Shown piece by piece: positions 14,330 through 27,352 of a stretch of 64,000 nt of DNA (positions are counted from its first letter, which is position 1; the number at the start of each line of letters is the position of its first letter). The DNA is from Eledone cirrhosa (Eukaryota). Position numbers and translations under genes: made by a program. The stretch lies in NCBI GenBank assembly GCA_964016885.1, contig CAXHJY010001173.1, positions 182,853 to 246,852 on the forward strand, given 5' to 3'. Under the pieces are notes generated by a model. It was given only the letters and a program-made list of their open reading frames with translations, made no database searches and had not been told where the DNA came from.

Positions 14330-14880
14330 TCCATGTCAGCTCCTGGCTGATACTAACATGACTACTTTACAGTGTGGACAGGGTACTTGAGTGGGGGAGG
14401 TGCATGGGGATTGGGGTGACAGATCTAGGGATATGGGTGAAGGGTGGGGTGTTAGGATGCAGGTGGCGTGTTAAGATGTGTCAGAGGTGTTATGACACGG
14501 GATGGCAGGTCTTCCCACTCCAAGGCTTCCATCAACTTTGAGCTCTCTACACCTTTTTATATAGCTGTCATTTTTCATATGCATTACATAACCATACCAA
14601 TGCATTCTCTTCTCTTGCACACTGCATCTGACCCCTATTTTGCCCAGTTGTTTTCTTAGTTCATTTCTTTCCAATCTATGCAGGTCCTCTACACACATTG
14701 CTGTTCATATACATGCATCATACAATCTTCCCCTCATTTTAATGTAATAACCTTTTGTAGCTAGCAGCATTAGTAGCTCCCTGAATTTCTTATATCCCAT
14801 TCTCACTCTGGCTACAGTACTTTTGGAACACCGTCCTCCATTGCCAATTTGGTTGCCCAGGTAACAGAAACCACTGACAT
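14330..14880 (-). pseudogene. Degenerate RTE C-terminal fragment
   Basis: Minus-strand peptides FCYLGNQIGNGG...KKFRELL and RMHWYGYVMHMK with frameshifts. Confidence 0.85.
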
Positions 14881-15292
14881 TTATATAAAATAACTGCAAT
14901 GACAGTAGCTATAAAATAACTTATAAAAATTGAATGAAGACCTTTAGAGATGGAAAAAGATGTGAGCAGCTGCTACGAAGAATTGAACTCTGTATCTCTC
15001 AGTATATATGTGATAACTACAGCTTGATAATGTCTGTCTTCCCCCACTGAGTGGCTATTATGGTCTGGTTGTGTAAGCTGAATCTGGGAGAATGGGTGGT
15101 CCATGTTTGATTTGATGAATTTGGAGGTTGCGTTCATTTTAGGGTATTTGCTGAGTGTTAATAAACCGATTGGAGCAATAACGATCTTATTTACACACAC
15201 ATATATATATATGTATATATATATACACATATATATATATATATAAAGAGAGAGAGAGACTTGTAACTCCTGACAGAGTTAGATGAGTATCA

Positions 15293-15482
15293 TAATTGTT
15301 TCTACTTTTGGCACAAGGCCAGCAATTACCCAGTTCATTACTGGTACTTTATTTTATCGACCCCGTAAGGGTGAAAGGCAAAGTCAACCTCGACGGGATT
15401 TGAACTCAGATTGCAAAGGGACGTAACTATGCTGGAAAGCATGGCGTCCGACCCTCTACCGATACTGCCAATCCACCGCCTT
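15293..15482 (-). mobile_element. SINE family A
   Basis: Full-length reverse-complement match. Confidence 0.85.
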
Positions 15483-15852
15483 TAGATGAGTATCATAATG
15501 TCATGCAGTGAGTCTAGGGTATTTTAAACCTGGCTGAGTCCATCTCCTCTCCAGGTCTGAACACAGATGATTTCTTCCAGAAAAAGAGAGAAAAAAACTA
15601 ATAAAGAGGAAGTAGGAAAGAGATATAGAAGAAGAATCGACCCCAGTACTTGACTGGTACACTTTTTTAGACCCCGAAAAGATGCGAAGCCAATTTAACC
15701 TTGGTGGATTTTGAACTAAAAACTCAATGAGTCAGAACAAATACCGATTATTGAATACTGCAAAGCATTCTGTCCACTGACATTCTAACAATTTGCCACT
15801 TATATGTCCCCAACCCCCAAAAAATTTATGGTACATCGCTATCATATATTAT

Positions 15853-16556
15853 TGGTAAATTGGCAGTATCGGTAGAGGGTTGGATGGACGCCATGCTTTC
15901 TAGCATAGTTACGTCCCTTTACAGTCTGAGTTAACTTTGCCTTCCATCCTTACGGGGGTCGATAAAATGAAGTACTAGTAATGCACTGGGATAATTGCTG
16001 GCCTTGTGCCTAAAATAGAAACAATTATTATTTAGGAACTGTTAACTTTGAGGTTAACTTTAACTTTGCCTTTCATCCTTACGGGGTCGATAAAATAAAG
16101 TACCAGTAATGCACTGGGATAATTGCTGGCCTTGTGCCTAAAATAGAAACAATTATTATTTAGGAACTGTTAACTTTGAGGTTAACTTTAACTTTGCCTT
16201 CCATCCTTACGGGGGTCGATAAAATAAAGTACCAGTAATGCACTGGGATAATTGCTGGCCTTGTGCCTAAAATAGAAACAATTATTATTTAGGAACTGTT
16301 AACTTTGAGGTTAACTTTAACTTTGCCTTCCATCCTTACGGGGGTCGATAAAATAAAGTACCAGTAATGCACTGGGATAATTGCTGGCCTTGTGCCTAAA
16401 ATAGAAACAATTATTATTTAGGAACTGTTAACTTTGACGTTAACTTTAACTTTGCCTTTCATCCTTACGGGGTCGATAAAATAAAGTACCAGTAATGCAC
16501 TGGGATAATTGCTGGCCTTGTGCCAAACGTAGAAACAATTATTATTTAGGAACTGT
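15853..16556 (+). repeat. SINE family A followed by a 128-129-bp tandem amplification of its 3' half (5 units)
   Basis: GATAAAAT recurs at 15961, 16089, 16218, 16347 and 16475. Confidence 0.9.
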
Positions 16557-16745
16557 GATGACAGAACTGGTACACCACTGAGCCAAATAGTACTTTGCTC
16601 TCACTCACTCACACACCACCTAGTTGTGTTATTTTTAGACTATCAGAAATTATTATGTTGGGTGTGGTCAATACAATAATACTGAATAAATTCCTGTACC
16701 TTTGTGAATAAAGCAGGAAAATATTTATTATTATGATAATTAGAA

Positions 16746-16966
16746 ATGGGCGGTGGATTGGCAGTAAGCAGTAGAGTGCCAGACAACATGCTTTGTGGTA
16801 TGTACTTATGACTTTTAACATTATGAATTCAAATCCTGCTGAGGCCAAGTTTGCTGTTCACCCCTCCAAGGTTGGTAAAATAAAGTACCAGCGATGCACT
16901 GGTGTGTTTTAATCAACCTTCCACTTCCCTTCAAATTGCTGGCCTTGTGCCAAAAGTAGAAACAAT
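16746..16966 (+). mobile_element. Diverged SINE family A relative
   Basis: GGCGGTGGATTGGCAG head; AATTGCTGGCCTTGTGCC tail. Confidence 0.7.
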
Positions 16967-16997
16967 TCTGATAATCAGGAGACGGGAAGATTTGTTC

Positions 16998-17262
16998 ATG
17001 GTTGTTGTTGTTGTTGTTTAGCCCTATGTTAGCCCTGTTCATGGTTGTTGTTGTTTAGCCCTATGTTAGCCCTGATCATGGTTGTTGTTGTTTAGCCCTA
17101 TGCTAGCCCTGATCATGGTTGTTGTTGTTTAGCCCTATGTTAGCCCTGATCATGGTTGTTGTTGTTTAGCCCTATGCTAGCCCTGATCATGGTTGTTGTT
17201 GTTTAGCCCTATGCTAGCCCTGATCATGGTTGTTGTTGTTTAGCCCTATGTTAGCCCTGATC
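16998..17262. repeat. 37-bp minisatellite (~7 copies)
   Basis: Unit TCATGGTTGTTGTTGTTTAGCCCTATGTTAGCCCTGA. Confidence 0.95.
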
Positions 17263-17437
17263 AAGGAGATCTATGATAAAAGGCACTCCAGTGGTGACCT
17301 CCCCATCTTTTCCCTATATGCACAAAACCAAGGAGCATATTAGCCAATGTGCCTTTTAAAATTGCATTTGTTATGATAGTTTTCAAATTATTTTGAAAAT
17401 AAACAACTTTCTCATAAAGTTGCTGTTTGGATCATAA

Positions 17438-19058
17438 AAACTGCTGATGGAAGGACCCTAAGATAAATATAAACTGCTGATGGAGGGACCCTAAGATAAA
17501 TATAAACTGCTGATGGAGGGACCCTAAGATAAATATAAACTACTGATGGAGGGACCCTAAAATAAATATAAACTGCTGATGGAGGGACCCTAAGATAAAT
17601 ATAAACTGCTGATGGAAGGACCCTAAGATAAATATAAACTACTGATGGAGGGACCCTAAGATAAATATAAACTGCTGATGGAGGGACCCTAAGATAAATA
17701 TAAACTACTGATGGAAGGACCCTAAGATAAATATAAACTACTGATGGAAGGACCCTAAGATAAATATAAACTGCTGATGGAAGGACCCTAAGATAAATAT
17801 AAACTGCTGATGGAGGGACCCTAAGATAAATATAAACTGCTGATGGAGGGACCCTAAGATAAATAAAAACTACTGATGGAAGGACCCTAAGATAAATATA
17901 AACTGCTGATGGAGGGACCCTAAGATAAATATAAACTGCTGATGGAAGGACCCTAAGATAAATATAAACTGCTGATGGAAGGACCCTAAGATAAATATAA
18001 ACTGCTGATGGAGGGACCCTAAGATAAACATAAACTGCTGATGGAGGGACCCTAAGATAAATATAAACTGCTGATGGAGGGACCCTAAGATAAATATAAA
18101 CTGCTGATGGAGGGACCCTAAAATAAATATAAACTGCTGATGGAGGGACCCTAAAATAAATATAAACTACTGATGGAGGGACCCTAAGATAAATATAAAC
18201 TGCTGATGGAGGGACCCTAAGATAAATATAAACTGCTGATGGAGGGACCCTAAAATAAATATAAACTGCTGATGGAGGGACCCTAAAATAAATATAAACT
18301 ACTGATGGAGGGACCCTAAGATAAATATAAACTGCTGATGGAGGGACCCTAAGATAAATATAAACTACTGATCGAGGGACCCTAAGATAAATATAAACTA
18401 CTGATGGAGGGACCCTAAAATAAATATAAACTACTGATGGAGGGACCCTAAGATAAATATAAACTACTGATGGAGGGACCCTAAGATAAATATAAACTGC
18501 TGATGGAGGGACCCTAAGATAAATATAAACTGCTGATGGAGGGACCCTAAGATAAATATAAACTGCTGATGGAAGGACCCTAAAATAAATATAAACTGCT
18601 GATGGAGGGACCCTAAAATAAATATAAACTGCTGATGGAGGCACCCTAAGATAAATATAAACTGCTGATGGAAGGACCCTAAGATAAATATAAACTACTG
18701 ATGGAGGGACCCTAAGATAAATATAAACTGCTGATGGAGGGACCCTAAGATAAATATAAACTGCTGATGGAGGGACCCTAAGATAAATATAAACTGCTGA
18801 TGGAGGGACCCTAAGATAAATATAAACTACTGATGGAGGGACCCTAAAATAAATATAAACTACTGATGGAGGGACCCTAAGATAAATATAAACTGCTGAT
18901 GGAGGGACCCTAAGATAAATATAAACTACTGATGGAGGGACCCTAAAATAAATATAAACTACTGATGGAGGGACCCTAAGATAAATATAAACTGCTGATG
19001 GAGGGACCCTAAGATAAATATAAACACTGATGGAGGGACCCTAAGATAAATATAAACA
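17438..19058. repeat. 33-bp minisatellite (~49 copies)
   Basis: Unit AAACTGCTGATGGAGGGACCCTAAGATAAATAT with three recurrent variant sites. Confidence 0.97.
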
Positions 19059-19154
19059 CTTTACAACAGCTTCTATTGTAGAATCAGTTGTTTTATGTGG
19101 TTTGGTGTGAAAAGGGTGAATACTACAGAACAGCTTGAGTTGAGGGAGATTTAG

Positions 19155-22100
19155 CTGTTGGTGGTGTTGGTGTTGTTGTTGTTGTTGTTGTGGTTGTTGT
19201 GGTGGTGGTGATATTGAGAGTGGTGTCACTGCTGCTGCTGCTGCTGCTGCTGCTGTTGTTGTTGTTGTTGTTGTTGTGGTGGTGGTATTGATGGTGGTGA
19301 TGATGATGTTGGAGTGGTGTTACTGCTGCTGTTGTTGTTAGTAGTTGTGGTGAGTGTTGTTGCTGTTGTTGTTGTTAGAGTGGTGTTGCTGTTGTTGTTG
19401 TTGTTGTTGTTTGAGTGGTGTTGCTGTTGTTGTTGTTGTTAGAGTGGTGGTGAGTGGTGTTGCTGTTGCTGTTGTTGTTGTTGTTGTTGTTGTTGTTAGA
19501 GTGGTGTTGCTGTTGCTGTTGTTGTTGTTGTTGTTGTTAGAGTGGTGGTGTTAGTAGTTGTGGTGAGTGTTGTTGTTGTTGGTGTTGTTGTTGTTGTGGT
19601 GGTGGTGGTGATGATGGTGTTGGAGTGGTGTCAGTGCTGTTGTTGTTGTTGTTGTTGTTAGAGTGGTGGTGTTAGTAGTTGTGGTGAGTGTTGTTGTTGT
19701 TGGTGTTGTTGTTGTTGTGGTGGTGGTGGTGGTGATGATGGTGTTGGAGTGGTGTCAGTGCTGTTGTTGTTGTTGTTGTTGTTAGAGTGGTGGTGTTAGT
19801 AGTTGTGGTGTTGTTGTTGTTGTTGGTGTTGTTGTTGTTGTGGTGGTGGTGGTGATGATGGTGTTGGAGTGGTGTCAGTGCTGTTGTTGTTGTTGTTTGT
19901 TAGAGTGGTGGTGTTAGTAGTTGTTGTTGTTGTTGGTGTTGTTGTTGTTGTTGTGGTGGTGGTGATGATGGTGTTGGAGTGGTGTCAGTGTTGTTGTTGT
20001 TGTTGTTTGTTAGAGTGGTGGTGTTAGTAGTTGTTGTTGTTGTTGGTGTTGTTGTTGTTGTGGTGGTGGTGGTGATGATGGTGTTGGAGTGGTGTCAGTG
20101 TTGTTGTTGTTGTTGTTTGTTAGAGTGGTGGTGTTAGTAGTTGTGGTGTTGTTGTTGTTGTTGTTGGTGTTGGTGTTATTGTTGTGGTGGTGATGATGGT
20201 GTTGGAGTGGTGTCAGTGTTGTTGTTGTTGTTGTTTGTTAGAGTGGTGGTGTTAGTAGTTGTGGTGTTGTTGTTGTTGTTGGTGTTGTTGTTGTTGTGGT
20301 GGTGGTGGTGATGATGGTGTTGGAGTGGTGTCAGTGCTGTTGTTGTTGTTGTTTGTTAGAGTGGTGGTGTTAGTAGTTGTGGTGTTGTTGTTGTTGTTGG
20401 TGTTGTTGTTGTTGTGGTGGTGGTGGTGATGGTGTTGGAGTGGTGTCAGTGCTGTTGTTGTTGTTGTTGTTGTTGTTAGAGTGGTGGTGTTAGTAGTTGT
20501 GGTGTTGTTGGTGTTGTTGGTGTTGTTGTGGTGGTGGTGGTGATGATGGTGTTGGAGTGGTGTCAGTGCTGTTGTTGTTGTTGTTTGTTAGAGTGGTGGT
20601 GTTAGTAGTTGTGGTGTTGTTGGTGTTGTTGGTGTTGTTGTGGTGGTGGTGGTGGTGGTGATGGTGTTGGAGTGGTGTCAGTGCTGTTGTTGTTGTTGTT
20701 GTTGTTGTTGTTAGAGTGGTGGTGTTAGTAGTTGTGGTGTTGTTGTTGTTGATGTTGGTGTTGTTGTTGATGGTGATGATGATGGTGTTGGAGTGGTGTT
20801 AGTGCAGCTGTTGTTGTTGTTGTTGTTGTTAGAGTGGTGGTGTTAGTAGTTGTGGTGTTGTTGTTGTTGGTGTTGGTGTTGTTGTTGTTGATGGTGATGA
20901 TGATGGTGTTGGAGTGGTGTTAGTGCAGCTGTTGTTGTTGTTGTTGTTGTTAGAGTGGTGGTGTTAGTAGTTGTGGTGAATGTTGTTGCTGTTGGTGTTG
21001 TTGTTGTTGATGGTGATGATGATGGTGTTGGAGTGGTGTCAGTGCAGCTGTTGTTGTTGTTGTTGTTGTTAGAGTGGTGGTGTTAGTAGTTGTGGTGTTG
21101 TTGTTGTTGTTGTTGTTGTTGTGGTGGTGGTGGTGATGATGGTGTTGGAGTGGTGTCAGTGCTGTTGTTGTTGTTTGTTAGAGTGGTGGTGTTAGTAGTT
21201 GTGGTGTTGTTGTTGTTGTTGGTGTTGTTGTTGTTGTGGTGGTGGTGGTGTTGGAGTGGTGTCAGTGCTGTTGTTGTTGTTGTTGTTAGAGTGGTGGTGT
21301 TAGTAGTTGTGGTGTTGTTGTTGTTGTTATTGTTGTGGTGGTGGTGGTGATGATGGTGTTGGAGTGGTGTCAGTGCTGTTGTTGTTGTTGTTGTTAGAGT
21401 GGTGGTGTTAGTAGTTGTGGTGTTGTTGTTGTTGTTGTTTGTTAGAGTGGTGGTGTTAGTAGTTGTGGTGTTGTTGTTGGTGTTGTTGTTGTTGTTGTGG
21501 TGGTGGTGATGATGGTGTTGGAGTGGTGTCAGTGCTGTTGTTGTTGTTGTTTGTTAGAGTGGTGGTGTTAGTAGTTGTGGTGTTGTTGTTGGTGTTGTTG
21601 TTGTGGTGGTGGTGATGGTGATGATGGTGTTGGAGTGGTGTCAGTGCTGTTGTTGTTGTTGTTGTTGTTGTTTGTTAGAGTGGTGGTGTTAGTAGTTGTG
21701 GTGTTGTTGTTGGTGTTGTTGTTGTTGTTGTGGTGGTGGTGATGATGGTGTTGGAGTGGTGTCAGTGCTGTTGTTGTTGTTGTTTGTTAGAGTGGTGGTG
21801 TTAGTAGTTGTGGTGTTGTTGTTGTTGTTGGTGTTGTTGTTGTTGTTGTTGTGGTGATGATGGTGTTGGAGTGGTGTCAGTGCTGTTGTTGTTGTTGTTG
21901 TTTGTTAGAGTGGTGGTGTTAGTAGTTGTGGTGTTGTTGTTGTTGGTGTTGTTGTTGTTGGTGTTGTTGTTGTTGTTGTGGTGGTGGTGATGATGGTGTT
22001 GGAGTGGTGTCAGTGCTGTTGTTGTTGTTGTTTGTTAGAGTGGTGGTGTTAGTAGTTGTTGTTGTTGTTGGTGTTGTTGTTGTTGTGGTGGTGGTGGTGA

Positions 22101-23263
22101 TGATGGTGTTGGAGTGGTGTCAGTGCTGTTGTTGTTGTTGTTTGTTAGAGTGGTGGTGTTAGTAGTTGTGGTGTTGTTGTTGTTGTTGGTGTTGTTGTTG
22201 TTGTTGTGGTGGTGGTGATGGTGTTGGAGTGGTGTCAGTGTTGTTGTTGTTGTTGTTTGTTAGAGTGGTGGTGTTAGTAGTTGTTGTTGTTGTTGTTGTT
22301 GTTGTTGTGGTGGTGGTGATGGTGGTGTTGGAGTGGTGTCAGTGCTGTTGTTGTTGTTGTTTGTTAGAGTGGTGGTGTTAGTAGTTGTTGTTGTTGTTGG
22401 TGTTGGTGTTATTGTTGTGGTGGTGGTGATGATGTTGGAGTGATGTCAGTGCTGTTGTTGTTGTTGTTTGTTAGAGTGGTGGTGTTAGTAGTTGTGGTGT
22501 TGTTGTTGTTGTTGGTGTTGTTGTTGTTGTTGTGGTGGTGGTGATGATGGTGTTGGAGTGGTGTCAGTGCTGTTGTTGTTGTTGTTTGTTAGAGTGGTGG
22601 TGTTAGTAGTTGTGGTGTTGTTGTTGTTGGTGTTGTTGTTGTGGTGGTGGTGGTGTTAGTAGTTGTGGTGTTGTTGTTGTTGTTGGTGGTGTTGTTGTTG
22701 TTGTGGTGGTGGTGATGATGGTGTTGGAGTGGTGTCAGTGCTGCTGTTGTTGTTGTTGTTTGTTAGAGTGGTGGTGTTAGTAGTTGTGGTGTTGTTGTTG
22801 TTGTTGGTGTTGTTGTTGTTGTTGTTGTGGTGGTGGTGATGGTGGTGTTGGAGTGGTGTCAGTGCTGTTGTTGTTGTTGTTTGTTAGAGTGGTGGTGTTA
22901 GTAGTTGTGGTGTTGTTGTTGTTGTTGTTGGTGTTGTTGTTGTTGTGGTGGTGGTGGTGATGGTGTTGGAGTGGTGTCAGTGCTGTTGTTGTTGTTGTTT
23001 GTTAGAGTGGTGGTGTTAGTAGTTGTGGTGTTGTTGTTGTTGGTGTTGTTGTTGTTGTTGTGGTGGTGGTGGTGATGATGGTGTTGGAGTGGTGTCAGTG
23101 CTGTTGTTGTTGTTGTTTGTTAGAGTGGTGGTGTTAGTAGTTGTGGTGTTGTTGTTGTTGGTGTTGGTGTTGTTGTTGTTGTTGTGGTGGTGGTGATGGT
23201 GTTGGAGTGGTGTCAGTGCTGCTGTTGTTGTTGTTGTTAGAGTGGTGGTGTTAGTAGTTGTGG

Positions 23264-23302
<39 letters not shown>

Positions 23303-24969
23303 GGTGGTGATGATGGTGTTGGAGTGGTGTTAGTGCTGTTGTTGTTGTTGTTTGTTAGAGTGGTGGTGTTAGTAGTTGTGGTGTTGTTGTTGTTGGTGTT
23401 GGTGTTGTTGTTGTTGTTGTTGTGGTGGTGATGGTGATGGTGTTGGAGTGGTGTCAGTGCTGTTGTTGTTGTTGTTGTTTGTTAGAGTGGTGGTGTTAGT
23501 AGTTGTGGTGTTGTTGGTGTTGTTGTTGTTGTGGTGGTGGTGGTGATGATGGTGTTGGAGTGGTGTCAGTGCTGTTGTTGTTGTTGTTTGTTAGAGTGGT
23601 GGTGTTAGTAGTTGTGGTGTTGTTGTTGTTGTTGGTGTTGTTGTTGTTGTGGTGGTGGTGGTGATGATGGTGTTGGAGTGGTGTCAGTGCTGCTGTTGTT
23701 GTTGTTTGTTAGAGTGGTGGTGTTAGTAGTTGTTGTTGTTGTTGGTGTTGTTGTTGTTGTGGTGGTGGTGGTGATGATGGTGTTGGAGTGGTGTCAGTGC
23801 TGCTGTTGTTGTTGTTTGTTAGAGTGGTGGTGTTAGTAGTTGTTGTTGTTGTTGGTGTTGTTGGTGTTGTTGTTGTTGTGGTGGTGGTGGTGATGGTGTT
23901 GGAGTGTTGTCAGTGTTGCTGTTGTTGTTGTTTGTTAGAGTGGTGGTGTTAGTAGTTGTTGTTGTTGTTGGTGTTGTTGTTGTTGTTGTGGTGGTGGTGA
24001 TGATGGTGTTGGAGTGGTGTCAGTGCTGTTGTTGTTGTTGTTTGTTAGAGTGGTGGTGTTAGTAGTTGTGGTGTTGTTGTTGTTGTTGGTGTTGTTGTTG
24101 TTGTTGTTGTGGTGGTGGTGATGATGGTGTTGGAGTGGTGTCAGTGCTGTTGTTGTTGTTGTTGTTGTTGTTAGAGTGGTGGTGTTAGTAGTTGTGGTGT
24201 TGTTGGTGTTGTTGGTGTTGTTGTGGTGGTGGTGGTGATGATGGTGTTGGAGTGGTGTCAGTGCTGTTGTTGTTGTTGTTTGTTAGAGTGGTGGTGTTAG
24301 TAGTTGTGGTGTTGTTGGTGTTGTTGGTGTTGTTGTTGTGGTGGTGGTGGTGATGGAGTGGTGTCAGTGCTGTTGTTGTTGTTGTTGTTTGTTAGAGTGG
24401 TGGTGTTAGTAGTTGTGGTGTTGTTGTTGTTGTTGGTGTTGTTGTTGTTGTGGTGGTGGTGATGATGGTGTTGGAGTGGTGTCAGTGCTGTTGTTGTTGT
24501 TGTTTGTTAGAGTGGTGGTGTTAGTAGTTGTGGTGTTGTTGTTGTTGTTGGTGTTGTTGTTGTTGTTGTGGTGGTGGTGGTGATGATGGTGTGGTGTCAG
24601 TGCTGTTGTTGTTGTTGTTGTTAGAGTGGTGGTGTTAGTAGTTGTTGTTGTTGTTGGTGTTGTTGTTGTTGTGGTGGTGGTGGTGGTGTTGGAGTGGTGT
24701 CAGTGCTGTTGTTGTTGTTAGAGTGGTGGTGTTAGTAGTTGTTGTTGTTGTTGGTGTTGTTGTTGTTGTGGTGGTGGTGATGATGGTGTTGGAGTGGTGT
24801 CAGTGCTGTTGTTGTTGTTGTTTGTTAGAGTGGTGGTGTTAGTAGTTGTGGTGTTGTTGTTGGTGTTGGTGTTGTTGTTGTTGTGGTGGTGGTGATGATG
24901 GTGTTGGAGTGGTGTCAGTGCTGTTGTTGTTGTTGTTGTTTGTTAGAGTGGTGGTGTTAGTAGTTGTGG

Positions 24970-25008
<39 letters not shown>

Positions 25009-27316
25009 GGTGGTGATGATGATGTTGTTGGAGTGGTGTCAGTGCTGTTGTTGTTGTTGTTTGTTAGAGTGGTGGTGTTAGTAGTTGTGGTGTTGTTGTT
25101 GTTGTTGGTGTTGTTGTTGTTGTGGTGGTGGTGATGATGGTGTTGGAGTGGTGTCAGTGCTGTTGTTGTTGTTGTTGTGGTGGTGGTGATGATGGTGTTG
25201 GAGTGGTGTCAGTGCTGTTGGTGTTGTTGTTGTTGTGGTGGTGGTGTTAGTAGTTGTGGTGTTGTTGTTGTGGTGTTGTTGTTGTTGGTGGTGTTGTTGT
25301 TGTTGTGGTGGTGGTGGTGATGATGGTGTTGGAGTGGTGTCAGTGCTGTTGTTGTTGTTGTTGTTGTTGTTAGAGTGGTGGTGTTAGTAGTTGTGGTGTT
25401 GTTGTTGTTGTTGGTGTTGTTGTTGTTGTGGTGGTGGTGGTGATGGTGTTGGAGTGGTGTCAGTGCTGTTGTTGTTGTTGTTGTTGTTGTTAGAGTGGTG
25501 GTGTTAGTAGTTGTGGTGTTGTTGGTGTTGTTGGTGTTGTTGTGGTGGTGGTGGTGATGATGGTGTTGGAGTGGTGTCAGTGCTGTTGTTGTTGTTGTTT
25601 GTTAGAGTGGTGGTGTTAGTAGTTGTGGTGTTGTTGTTGGTGTTGGTGTTGTTGTTGTGGTGGTGGTGGTGATGGTGTTGGAGTGGTGTCAGTGCTGTTG
25701 TTGTTGTTGTTGTTTGTTAGAGTGGTGGTGTTAGTAGTTGTGGTGTTGTTGTTGGTGTTGTTGTTGTTGTTGTGGTGGTGGTGATGATGGTGTTGGAGTG
25801 GTGTCAGTGCTGTTGTTGTTGTTGTTTGTTAGAGTGGTGGTGTTAGTAGTTGTGGTGTTGTTGTTGTTGTTGGTGTTGTTGTTGTTGTTGTTGTGGTGAT
25901 GATGGTGTTGGAGTGGTGTCAGTGCTGTTGTTGTTGTTGTTGTTTGTTAGAGTGGTGGTGTTAGTAGTTGTGGTGTTGTTGTTGTTGGTGTTGTTGTTGT
26001 TGGTGTTGTTGTTGTTGTTGTGGTGGTGGTGATGATGGTGTTGGAGTGGTGTCAGTGCTGTTGTTGTTGTTGTTTGTTAGAGTGGTGGTGTTAGTAGTTG
26101 TTGTTGTTGTTGGTGTTGTTGTTGTTGTGGTGGTGGTGGTGATGATGGTGTTGGAGTGGTGTCAGTGCTGTTGTTGTTGTTGTTTGTTAGAGTGGTGGTG
26201 TTAGTAGTTGTGGTGTTGTTGTTGTTGTTGGTGTTGTTGTTGTTGTTGTGGTGGTGGTGATGGTGTTGGAGTGGTGTCAGTGTTGTTGTTGTTGTTGTTT
26301 GTTAGAGTGGTGGTGTTAGTAGTTGTGGTGTTGTTGTTGTTGTTGTTGTTGTTGTTGTGGTGGTGGTGATGGTGGTGTTGGAGTGGTGTCAGTGCTGTTG
26401 TTGTTGTTGTTTGTTAGAGTGGTGGTGTTAGTAGTTGTTGTTGTTGTTGTTGGTGTTGGTGTTGTTGTTGTGGTGGTGGTGATGATGTTGGAGTGGTGTC
26501 AGTGCTGTTGTTGTTGTTGTTTGTTAGAGTGGTGGTGTTAGTAGTTGTGGTGTTGTTGTTGTTGTTGGTGTTGTTGTTGTTGTTGTGGTGGTGGTGATGA
26601 TGGTGTTGGAGTGGTGTCAGTGCTGTTGTTGTTGTTGTTTGTTAGAGTGGTGGTGTTAGTAGTTGTGGTGTTGTTGTTGTTGGTGTTGTTGTTGTTGTGG
26701 TGGTGGTGGTGTTTGTAGTTGTGGTGTTGTTGTTGTTGTTGGTGGTGTTGTTGTTGTTGTGGTGGTGGTGATGATGGTGTTGGAGTGGTGTCAGTGCTGC
26801 TGTTGTTGTTGTTGTTTGTTAGAGTGGTGGTGTTAGTAGTTGTGGTGTTGTTGTTGTTGTTGGTGTTGTTGTTGTTGTTGTGGTGGTGGTGATGGTGGTG
26901 TTGGAGTGGTGTCAGTGCTGTTGTTGTTGTTGTTTGTTAGAGTGGTGGTGTTAGTAGTTGTGGTGTTGTTGTTGTTGTTGTTGGTGTTGTTGTTGTTGTG
27001 GTGGTGGTGGTGATGGTGTTGGAGTGGTGTCAGTGCTGTTGTTGTTGTTGTTTGTTAGAGTGGTGGTGTTAGTAGTTGTGGTGTTGTTGTTGTTGGTGTT
27101 GTTGTTGTTGTTGTGGTGGTGGTGGTGATGATGGTGTTGGAGTGGTGTCAGTGCTGTTGTTGTTGTTGTTTGTTAGAGTGGTGGTGTTAGTAGTTGTGGT
27201 GTTGTTGTTGTTGGTGTTGGTGTTGTTGTTGTTGTTGTGGTGGTGGTGATGGTGTTGGAGTGGTGTCAGTGCTGCTGTTGTTGTTGTTGTTAGAGTGGTG
27301 GTGTTAGTAGTTGTGG

Positions 27317-27352
<36 letters not shown>

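Noticed and set aside
17412-18644. 410-aa repetitive ORF (PPSAVYIYLRV)n
   Set aside because: By-product of a 33-bp minisatellite whose length is a multiple of 3; GTG start; no other support.
17438-19058. CRISPR-like periodicity / CTGATG hammerhead-like word
   Set aside because: No unique spacers, eukaryotic context, and no GAAA strand or stems.
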